Shown: positions 56,391-64,000 of the stretch, piece after piece
Layout of the letters: every line of letters begins with the position of its first letter
Numbering within the stretch: the stretch's first letter is position 1
From: a virus
Taxonomy: Duplodnaviria > Caudoviricetes
Virus record (IMG/VR): IMGVR_UViG_3300021425_003554
Strand: one strand, 5' to 3'
DNA: 64,000 nucleotides
Translations under genes and position numbers: made by a program
Notes under the pieces: generated by a model
The model's database searches: none
The model's input: only the letters and a program-made list of their open reading frames with translations
What the model was told of the DNA's origin: nothing

Positions 56391-58523
56391 TTAAAATTTA
56401 AATTTAAATTTATCTCCTATGCTTCTCGCCACGGAAGCAATTTTGTTTCCAATATTACTTATTACATCAGAAACCTGGGTGACTTGGGTGACTTGGCTAC
56501 CGATGACATTTGTGTAAGTTTCAGTTATTTTACTCACCGACTTGATTGCTGTATCCACTTGGTTGACCGAATCTATTGCACTGTTGACTGTGTTCAATAC
56601 AGAACCTGCTGATTTTATCACTGTTTGTGCTTTACCCAATGCACCTTTTGTTGCTTTGTCAATCACAGAAACCGCGGCTTCGGTTCCTTTGGCATATATT
56701 ATACCGGAAGAAGTTGCGAGCACCTGTCTTATATTGCCTGTGTTTGTGACTCCTGTTGATTCTACTAATCTGTTAAACAATTCCATCTCACCCTTTCCCA
56801 AAGATTTGTAATCATTGAAAACTCCAGTTATGGAATCCGGCAATCCAATTTTTTTAGAATAATCTGCTTTAAAAATATTTGCTATTGAATTGATCGGTGT
56901 TGTTATATTTTTTTCTATTTCGGCATTTAGATCTGCTTCCGCTTGTGCAAATCTTATCGAAAATAAATTAGAATTTCTATTGGCGTTTTCTAATGCTCCC
57001 ACTGTTCCTGTGGCTGTTGATGCTCCGCCAACAGAACTAAAGATCGGGGTCCTGTCTAGATGTCCCCAATATGGCTCGTGAGTTGGAACTCTCATTCCAG
57101 TCAGTCCTGTAAGTTCTCTGTCAATCTTGTGCATCTCTCCTATAAATCTAGGAGTGACATCTTGATGTCCTACTGTTTGTGTTCCTGTGCCTGTGGGTTG
57201 TGCAAAACTTGTTCTGGTTAATCCTGGGACTAGATCAGTTTTTCCAATACTGTTAAAATGTATTTGATCTCCCACTAGATCCACCCTTCCTGCGGCTTGA
57301 TGTATTTGATTTCCTTGTACTGATTGTGTCAATAAACTATGTTTGGCTCTCAAGGTTAAAATACCCTCGTCTGAATCCAGTTGCACTGCACTTCTACCTA
57401 TTCCCCTTAACACATCAGCGTCCAGCGATAACCTACCTGTTTTTTCGTTGGCTTTTATCTTGATGTTGTTGTTGGCATACATATTGATATCGCCCTCTGC
57501 GTGAAAATTTATGTTTCCGCCTGACCTTATGTTATATCCTAATTGAGCATAAATGTCGACCATACCAGATTTAGAAAATTCCATCCATACACTTCCGTCG
57601 GCATTGGCCAGGTATACCACGCCTGCCGTGTCGTTCATTAATAATTGATGACCTGATGCCGATCTTAATCGTACTAATTGATTGTTTCCATCTACATCTC
57701 CGTCATCTAAGACAAAAGTGTGTCCGGGTCCTCTTGCTAATTGCTTAATTTCTTTTTTGTCCGAAGGACCTACTGGAGTTTTTTTACCTTTAGATCGCTG
57801 ATTGACTCTACCCGGAGTGCTGATACCAAACACACTGCTGGGTGATTCTCTTCTGACAGTTGATGTGGTTGTTCCCCTGACAGTATCCTGTGTCAGTCCT
57901 TGTTTCCTTAAAATATCTGCAAAAGGATGCATTGGTTTTTTTAATTTATCTATACCCAACGCCGATGCAGATGCAAAGTCTCCCCTGTTGGCTTCTCCTG
58001 TAGGAAGCACATCTGTTCCGTAATCTCGTATACGATTAAATCCTCCTGTTTGGCTAGGAGTTCCTGATAACTCATTTGCTTGTACTTCATCATAAGTTTT
58101 GTCCGCGGCAATACCCGGAATCATATTGTTCATATAAGGTTCCGGAACACATCCTATCCAATATCCTTCAGAAACATTTCCTTCAACAAATATGACCATT
58201 ACCCTTGTGTCGATGTCTGGTGGATTCATCCACATTCCATAAGAATGTTGAGAAGAATCATATTTTGTTATATCGGTAGCATCAACACCGTTTGTACTTT
58301 TTATACCATAGAAATGAGGTAGATATTTTACAATGTATAATTGATCCGTTGAAGGGTTGTTTGTGTTCGACAATGAAGGGATAGCCACTTTTAAAGTTCC
58401 CATTCGAGAAGGATCATCGTTTGATTTTATTATACCTATGTAAGGTCCCGGATTTATCTGTGTATAAGATGTACTGTTGATGTGTAAATTAGGAGTAGAA
58501 GTATCACCTTGATTGAATGCCAT
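56391..58523 (-). CDS. baseplate hub/spike, gp5/VgrG-like (OB fold plus beta-helix, no lysozyme domain seen)
   Basis: GPYIG..DP.RMG.LKV, SYGMWM.PPD..T.V, GH.FVLDDG, SGHQ; start at ATG 58523 preferred over 58556. Confidence 0.78.
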   Translation of the reverse strand: MAFNQGDTSTPNLHINSTSYTQINPGPYIGIIKSNDDPSRMGTLKVAIPSLSNTNNPSTDQLYIVKYLPHFYGIKSTNGVDATDITKYDSSQHSYGMWMNPPDIDTRVMVIFVEGNVSEGYWIGCVPEPYMNNMIPGIAADKTYDEVQANELSGTPSQTGGFNRIRDYGTDVLPTGEANRGDFASASALGIDKLKKPMHPFADILRKQGLTQDTVRGTTTSTVRRESPSSVFGISTPGRVNQRSKGKKTPVGPSDKKEIKQLARGPGHTFVLDDGDVDGNNQLVRLRSASGHQLLMNDTAGVVYLANADGSVWMEFSKSGMVDIYAQLGYNIRSGGNINFHAEGDINMYANNNIKIKANEKTGRLSLDADVLRGIGRSAVQLDSDEGILTLRAKHSLLTQSVQGNQIHQAAGRVDLVGDQIHFNSIGKTDLVPGLTRTSFAQPTGTGTQTVGHQDVTPRFIGEMHKIDRELTGLTGMRVPTHEPYWGHLDRTPIFSSVGGASTATGTVGALENANRNSNLFSIRFAQAEADLNAEIEKNITTPINSIANIFKADYSKKIGLPDSITGVFNDYKSLGKGEMELFNRLVESTGVTNTGNIRQVLATSSGIIYAKGTEAAVSVIDKATKGALGKAQTVIKSAGSVLNTVNSAIDSVNQVDTAIKSVSKITETYTNVIGSQVTQVTQVSDVISNIGNKIASVARSIGDKFKFKF

Positions 58524-58527
58524 AATT

Positions 58528-60747
58528 TTATGCGGCTCCCTCTCCGTAGTTGCCACCGTCTTTTGGTAAGTCTATCGGGGCGTAATCAATTGTATTTTTA
58601 TTGGTTTTTTTATCTTCCGTTAATTCTGCTTTTGTTGGCACTTTGATCTCCATTCCTTGATTATTTAAACGAACGCAAGTGAGCTCTTGAGTAAACTGGC
58701 CTTTTTCAAAAGTACTGACAACACGAGGCACTTTATATAATCCGGTGAACTGTATATTTTCTAAATTGGAAAAATCCATTACTCCTTTTATTTCATTGAT
58801 ATCTGTTGGAAATCTAAAATTGAGATTCATTAATGCCTCTGCCTGATCAAAATTAAAACATTGTCTTTTTTCGTCCCATGCATAATTGCCTAGACTACCT
58901 ACCATTTCGTAAGAATCAAGACCGGATCTTTTGACTGGTAAAAAATGATCTTGTCCGCACCATGCTGGATCTCCCATTATCTTTAAATTTACGTTTACCA
59001 TATCTCCTCTGGGATTTGTTAGATATTCAAAGTATTCGTCCAATACCGGAGAACCATCGAGGTCACGCTGATAACCTTTCGCTGAAGATTGTATTGACGG
59101 ATAACTTCTCAAGGGTAAAAGGCCATCCGGATACGGTGTGTTAGACTGAGCTACCAGTCTTGCAAATTTATCACCTATGCTGAGATTCATTTTATCTTGT
59201 GCCACACCCGGCAAATTATTTGATAGTCTTGCTTGAAAATATCCGTATTTGTAATCTATCGATAAATCTAAAACTTCTGTGTTGTTGCCTGTGAATACAT
59301 AGTCGTAAACTTTTTTTACTCTCGCAAATTTTGCCAATGGCAAACTCATTCCAGGTATAACAAAATTCATAACATGAACTTTGAAAGGCACCACGTGGAA
59401 CTCTATAATTTTTGGATGCATCTTGGTTATTGAATCTAATTGATTGTTTAATGTTCTCACATTTGTGATGACCTTGAACCAAGGAACCATGAAATCTGTA
59501 TCTGCGGTATCTCCTGTATCAACATTTGTTGTGGTTTTCCATTTTCTCAAAACAAGATCTGTTATGTTTTTATAGTAGTCGGCCTGTTTTACTAAATCGG
59601 TAATAATTTTTGCTATACTCATGCCAGGCCTTACTGTTGCTTTGAATCCGCCTGTTTGATTTATATTATAATTAGAACTTCCTTGATTCTTTAAAGGTGT
59701 ACCATCTTCCGGATTGGCCACGCGTGGATCGATTTTAATAACATATGCATCTCTTGTTGCTCTAAGTTGTTTTTCTATTTCGTCATCTTGTGCCACTGTC
59801 AATTGATTTGCAAGGTGATCCAGTGCTGACTGTAACGTCGGATGTGCGGCCGAAAAAAAGTTTTTAATTTTGTCCACTATTGTGTATGTGCTTCTAGTAT
59901 ATAAAAACCTATCGGTCATGGCGAACTCTGTCCACGGCACAGCCGTTAAATTGTAACTAGTGACTCCATTATTAAAAGTCATGGGTGCATTTGTGATCTT
60001 TATTGGCATTACTCTTTTGCTATCAGGTATAGATATTTCTCTACCTAACTCATCTGTGCCTTTGAATTCTAATGTCAACAGGTACGGAGCATCTATATGA
60101 TCCTGAAACCCGTTATTCCAAGAAGCCGCTTTTAATTTTTCAAAAAGTGTTATGCCGTGGGGTTCAACTAACTCTATTTCAATTTTATTGTAGTTCATTA
60201 ATTTTCTTTGCTCGTTTGGTCTATTTGTGCTGTCTATGATCACCCTTTCAAAAAATATATCGTGTCCCCTTCTTAATACATTATCCGACTGTCTGAGTCC
60301 ATCTAGTAACCCTTCTGTTTCACTTTCGCTAAATTTTCTTGTTGTAATTTTTCCATCTATGTTTCTAATCGAATCGGGTGTGCTCGTTTTAAATGCTGTG
60401 AAAGATTCTTTGTCCCCTATTCCACCCGATCTAGCAATAACATCATGTGGAGAATTTGTTAAAATATCTTCGGGATTTTCTAAATCACTTGAAGATAAAG
60501 CAGACAAAGTGAAAAGGTAATTGTATGTTGCAAATTTGTTTAACGTGTTAGGAGAAGGCAATTCGTATTCTGTGCCTTGCCCTGATTGTTTGTTGTAGTT
60601 TAGTGATGTAATTTTTTGTGTTACCCCGTCCATTGCGGAATTTTTTAAAAAACTTTCCACGTCTAAATATTCTCCATCGTTCCCTCTGGCATTGTAATTC
60701 CTAGACGCCCTTATAGTGATAGGTTTTCCTTTGGTTATCTTAGCCAT
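58528..60747 (-). CDS. baseplate hub protein (gp27/late control D-like)
   Basis: position between the gp53-like and gp5-like genes; NKFATYNYLFTL, I.GDP.W, FTQEL. Confidence 0.65.
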   Translation of the reverse strand: MAKITKGKPITIRASRNYNARGNDGEYLDVESFLKNSAMDGVTQKITSLNYNKQSGQGTEYELPSPNTLNKFATYNYLFTLSALSSSDLENPEDILTNSPHDVIARSGGIGDKESFTAFKTSTPDSIRNIDGKITTRKFSESETEGLLDGLRQSDNVLRRGHDIFFERVIIDSTNRPNEQRKLMNYNKIEIELVEPHGITLFEKLKAASWNNGFQDHIDAPYLLTLEFKGTDELGREISIPDSKRVMPIKITNAPMTFNNGVTSYNLTAVPWTEFAMTDRFLYTRSTYTIVDKIKNFFSAAHPTLQSALDHLANQLTVAQDDEIEKQLRATRDAYVIKIDPRVANPEDGTPLKNQGSSNYNINQTGGFKATVRPGMSIAKIITDLVKQADYYKNITDLVLRKWKTTTNVDTGDTADTDFMVPWFKVITNVRTLNNQLDSITKMHPKIIEFHVVPFKVHVMNFVIPGMSLPLAKFARVKKVYDYVFTGNNTEVLDLSIDYKYGYFQARLSNNLPGVAQDKMNLSIGDKFARLVAQSNTPYPDGLLPLRSYPSIQSSAKGYQRDLDGSPVLDEYFEYLTNPRGDMVNVNLKIMGDPAWCGQDHFLPVKRSGLDSYEMVGSLGNYAWDEKRQCFNFDQAEALMNLNFRFPTDINEIKGVMDFSNLENIQFTGLYKVPRVVSTFEKGQFTQELTCVRLNNQGMEIKVPTKAELTEDKKTNKNTIDYAPIDLPKDGGNYGEGAA

Positions 60748-60748
60748 G

Positions 60749-61048
60749 TTATAACCCTAGGTCAGTTTTAAGATTGCTTAACTTCGGCAATCGAATCGTA
60801 ACTCCTGGAGCAAAATCATAAATTGGGTCTTCGATGTAATCTGGATTTCTTTGAGCAAACACCCACCATAGTCGAGGAGTACCGTATAAGTCATATGCCA
60901 ACAAGTCTGGACGATATGCATATATTCTATCAATTGTATATTCTATATCGTCTTGTTCGGCTGTGATTGCTCTCGCAACAAGAAAATCTAAACTTATATT
61001 ATTTTCAGGTGTTGCGAAATAAGGTGATGTTGTACTATATTTTGCCAT
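60749..61048 (-). CDS. baseplate protein, gp53/LysM(tail X)-like
   Basis: YAYRPDLLAYDLYG...LWWVF..RNP...DPIYDF. Confidence 0.8.
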   Translation of the reverse strand: MAKYSTTSPYFATPENNISLDFLVARAITAEQDDIEYTIDRIYAYRPDLLAYDLYGTPRLWWVFAQRNPDYIEDPIYDFAPGVTIRLPKLSNLKTDLGL

Positions 61049-61049
61049 A

Positions 61050-61952
61050 TTAAATATATCCTATTCCTGAACCATTGTTTCCGTTTAGGTTACCGTTCAC
61101 AAAGTCTTTCATATTAAATTTCTTCACAGACTCTCTAGAATAAACAGGTTGTAATTGTAGTGTTACCTGTGACAGCGTAGGTGCCCACGATTTATTAGAA
61201 CTTGGATCTACTACCGTTGATGATGTTGGCAACAGTCCTCTTCTATCCGTTTGTTGTTCGGTACAAATATAATCAACATCGTTTCTTAGATCGACAGTAA
61301 AGTTTGTGACTACAACAGGTATTTTGTTGAAGACATAATTTCCATATCCATTCAATTGTAATATCGGTGGAGGATTTCCTCTCATTCCGTCTGTTTTTCC
61401 TGTGTCATCAACACTGTCTCCAAAAAACATTTTTGTCGCTGATCTGAAGAAATGTAGCATGGCTATCCAATACTGAGCATCTGTTTGATTCTGTACAGGA
61501 AATTCGCCAACCAAGGTAAAACTTGGTAACTCACTGTTTTGATATGCGTAAAAAGGATAATTGCTATGAGTGGCTGTCATTGGATTGTAATTTGCTGTAT
61601 GGCTGATAATCACCGACGGTGTTAAAGGAAAAATAACTCCCCCTTCATTTGCCAAGGGTGCCAAAATATTATTTGTCGATGCATTAAAGGCTCCGGCCGG
61701 GTCGCCCGGATCTACCTGTATTGCATTTTGTTGCTGTACTCCGAAAAATTTTTCATATACGATACTGCCGGGAGGTAAAATTACCTTAATACGCTGATCT
61801 GCCGCTTTGTCCCTTACCGACCACGAAGCATTAGATCTAAGTTTGTTGTTGGCTTCTGCTCCTGCACGTAATCCTGCACCGGTCAGTCTACCCAGAGTTT
61901 TATTGAAAATAGTGGTGCCTATTTTTTTACCTGTTTCTATAATTCCAGCCAT
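61050..61952 (-). CDS. tail tube initiator, gp48/gp54-like
   Basis: GVIFPLTP, HSNYPFY.YQNS, GNPPP...GYG..VF.KIPVVV. Confidence 0.72.
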   Translation of the reverse strand: MAGIIETGKKIGTTIFNKTLGRLTGAGLRAGAEANNKLRSNASWSVRDKAADQRIKVILPPGSIVYEKFFGVQQQNAIQVDPGDPAGAFNASTNNILAPLANEGGVIFPLTPSVIISHTANYNPMTATHSNYPFYAYQNSELPSFTLVGEFPVQNQTDAQYWIAMLHFFRSATKMFFGDSVDDTGKTDGMRGNPPPILQLNGYGNYVFNKIPVVVTNFTVDLRNDVDYICTEQQTDRRGLLPTSSTVVDPSSNKSWAPTLSQVTLQLQPVYSRESVKKFNMKDFVNGNLNGNNGSGIGYI

Positions 61953-61996
61953 TTTATTTGGTTGCTCTTCCTTTAAATTTCTTGTATACTAAACAA

Positions 61997-62004
61997 TATT
62001 TATA
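61997..62004 (-). promoter_or_regulatory. T4 consensus late promoter TATAAATA heading the baseplate operon
   Basis: perfect TATAAATA on the minus strand in the divergent intergenic region, 44 nt upstream of ATG 61952. Confidence 0.75.
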
Positions 62005-62085
62005 GGCATTTTAATAGGCGCATATTATTCACATACGGCAAGATTTTGCATCAATTTACGTTAATTAATTAGTTAGGAGAATTTA

Positions 62086-63093
62086 GTGGTTAAAAGAGTA
62101 AACTACCTGAACAACAAAGATCTGTTGAGTGAGATACACAAGAGCAAAAATAGTTACTGTTCGTATGTGTCCCCCGATGATAGCAACTACGATATAATCG
62201 TGTCTGACATCAAAAAAATCAACGGTGCCAACATCGCAAAGGCCCGTAAGGCCAAAGCAAAAAGACTGACACAGGAAGCCTGGGAACAGGCCAAGTCTGG
62301 TGGAAACAAGAGAATTAAGATGAGCGACTTTGAAGTTTCTCCTAGAAAAATTTCCAAGACAGATATTGTTTTTCGTGTGATGACCTTTGAACACATACCC
62401 GAAGACTTGCAAAGAAAAAAGAGACCGAAGACCGAGGCAGACAATCATACGAAAATTAATTTTCCACCTTTTCAACACTACAGGATCGACGAAAAAGGCA
62501 AACCAAAATGTGTTGGAAAAAGTCACTGGACTGGCGGAATGGTTAACGGACAGTTTTCAATAGATCATGGAAAAATGACCAACAAGTTGGCTTTGATGTA
62601 CATGAAACTGTGTGAAAGATATGGTACAAGAAGCAACTGGAGAGGTTACACTTACAATGATGAGATGCAGTCACAGGCATTGATGCAACTATCACAGATA
62701 GGATTACAATTCGACGAGGTCAAATCAGACAATCCTTTTGCTTATTACACCGCGGCCATAACAAACTCATTCACTCGTATATTAAACATCGAGAAAAAAA
62801 ATCAAAATATTCGAGATGACATAATGGAACTGAATAACTTGATGCCTAGTTATACTAGACAATCAAAAAACGAAGAAATTGCAAAATCCGAGAGAGAAGA
62901 CAGAGAAAATGCTTTAAAGAAAAAGAAAATAAAGAAAAGTTATTACATTACCAGCAACGGAGATAAGATAGAAAGAACAGTTGAACCTTCTCCGGTAACA
63001 GTGTATACTAAAAAAGCAATTGCTGAACTAAACAAGAAAATGAAAAAGTCGGGTACACTGACTGCGAAAGATTTTGAAAAAGTAAGAAAGTAA
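62086..63093 (+). CDS. late-transcription sigma factor, T4 gp55-like
   Basis: NYLNNKDLL, RSNWRGYTYNDEM, KSDNPFAYYT...NSF.R.LN.EKK; GTG start with AGGAGA SD; precedes gp47 as in T4-like phages. Confidence 0.8.
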   Translation: MVKRVNYLNNKDLLSEIHKSKNSYCSYVSPDDSNYDIIVSDIKKINGANIAKARKAKAKRLTQEAWEQAKSGGNKRIKMSDFEVSPRKISKTDIVFRVMTFEHIPEDLQRKKRPKTEADNHTKINFPPFQHYRIDEKGKPKCVGKSHWTGGMVNGQFSIDHGKMTNKLALMYMKLCERYGTRSNWRGYTYNDEMQSQALMQLSQIGLQFDEVKSDNPFAYYTAAITNSFTRILNIEKKNQNIRDDIMELNNLMPSYTRQSKNEEIAKSEREDRENALKKKKIKKSYYITSNGDKIERTVEPSPVTVYTKKAIAELNKKMKKSGTLTAKDFEKVRK

Positions 63094-63096
63094 CAC

Positions 63097-64000
63097 ATGA
63101 CAACATTTAAAAAAGTGGCCTGTTTTACGGACATACACTTTGGCCTTAAAGGAAATTCCAGAATACACAACGACGACTGTGAAGAATTCATCTATTGGTT
63201 TATAGAAACAGCAAAAGAAAACAACTGTGAAACTTGTATCTTTTTAGGTGATTGGCATCATCATAGAAGTTCTACCAATGTCAGTACCATGAATTATACT
63301 GTTTCTAACATCGAGCGATTGGGTAAGGCATTTGAAAAAGTGTATGTGATCATGGGCAACCACGATTTATTCTATAGAGAAAAAAGAGAAATCAACTCCA
63401 TGGAGTTCGCAAGAAATATTCCCAACGTACATCTAGTAAACAGTTGGATCGAAAACGATGATGTAGCAATCATTCCATGGTTAGAACCGGAAGAGTATCT
63501 AAAAATTCCAAATATGAAACAAAAATATATATTTGGTCATTTTGAAATTCCTTATTTTAAAATGAATGCCATGGTCGATATGCCCGATGTTGGAGGAATT
63601 AAAGCAGAACACTTTGTTCATCAGCAATTTGTTTTTTCAGGTCATTTTCATAAAAGACAGGTTAGAAACAATATACATTATATCGGTAATGCTTTTCCTC
63701 ACAACTACGCAGATGCCGGCGATGACGAAAGAGGAATGATGATATTGGAACACGGCGGAAAACCACAATACATAAACTGGCCAAATATGCCTGTTTATCG
63801 TCATTATAAAATTTCACAACTATTAGAGAACGCAGATGCATTATTGAAGGAAAAAATGTATGTGCGTGTTGGTTTGGATATAAAAATTTCTTACGAAGAA
63901 GCAAATTTCATTAGAGAAACATTTTTAGAGAAATATAAATTGAGAGAATTACAATTAATACCGGAACAACTAGACACTGTTGATCAACCAACAGTACACA
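63097..64000 (+). CDS. Mre11/SbcD-like recombination endonuclease, T4 gp47-like (3' end outside window; absent from the ORF track)
   Basis: hand translation MTTFKKVACFTDIHFG...FLGDWHH...MGNHD...FGHFE...FSGHFH metallophosphoesterase motifs. Confidence 0.9.
   Translation, partial: MTTFKKVACFTDIHFGLKGNSRIHNDDCEEFIYWFIETAKENNCETCIFLGDWHHHRSSTNVSTMNYTVSNIERLGKAFEKVYVIMGNHDLFYREKREINSMEFARNIPNVHLVNSWIENDDVAIIPWLEPEEYLKIPNMKQKYIFGHFEIPYFKMNAMVDMPDVGGIKAEHFVHQQFVFSGHFHKRQVRNNIHYIGNAFPHNYADAGDDERGMMILEHGGKPQYINWPNMPVYRHYKISQLLENADALLKEKMYVRVGLDIKISYEEANFIRETFLEKYKLRELQLIPEQLDTVDQPTVH

Noticed and set aside
1227-58556. Longest-ORF starts given by the track (1227, 5039, 8877, 20643, 25236, 26083, 38023, 58556)
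   Set aside because: They cause long overlaps or ignore SD and junction signals; downstream starts were used instead
496-63904. Numerous 60-147-aa ORFs in the track lying antisense to, or nested within, longer genes
   Set aside because: They overlap well-supported genes, lack SDs and recognisable motifs, and are expected by chance
1-64000. Stop-codon reassignment, seen in some large phages
   Set aside because: Long ORFs are intact under the standard code, and TAA, TAG and TGA all end genes at tight junctions
1-64000. tRNA genes or CRISPR arrays
   Set aside because: Intergenic gaps are short (at most ~130 nt) and show no cloverleaf or regularly spaced direct repeats by eye; tRNAscan-SE/CRISPR finders were not run

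Overview
This is an AT-rich, gene-dense segment of a large T4-related (jumbo-type) myovirus, read with the standard genetic code. I found no tRNA, rRNA, CRISPR array or mobile element. There are four blocks. (1) 59-10062, + strand: QueE, an RNase H-like 5'-3' exonuclease, a half-size DegT aminotransferase, a MoxR AAA+ ATPase paired with a metallopeptidase-VWA protein, and hypothetical genes. Several sit behind sigma70-type promoters whose -10 box ends exactly 6 nt before the ATG, suggesting leaderless mRNAs. (2) 10063-28217, - strand: an ~18 kb modification-enzyme operon with its own sigma70-type promoter. It holds four glycosyltransferase-like genes, five radical-SAM enzymes with N-terminal SPASM/twitch-like domains, two SGNH-like proteins, an unannotated 34-aa peptide, an FkbM methyltransferase, a miniature malonyl-CoA-decarboxylase-like protein, an APS-kinase/nucleotidyltransferase pair, an MBD4-like glycosylase, a carbamoyltransferase, an NDP-sugar epimerase and a DegT aminotransferase. 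(3) 28235-61952, - strand: the baseplate/tail-fibre operon, with gp48/54-, gp53-, hub-, gp5-, gp25- and gp6-like genes, a 4815-aa baseplate-associated protein, three paralogous fibre proteins, a Gly-rich Hint-domain protein and a small island of enzyme genes. (4) 62086-64000, + strand: a gp55-like late sigma factor and a gp47/Mre11-like nuclease truncated by the window end. The best candidate for an undescribed system is block 2, a phage radical-SAM/glycan tailoring pathway that may decorate the virion or hypermodify DNA. All family assignments come from motif recognition by eye; no searches were run.
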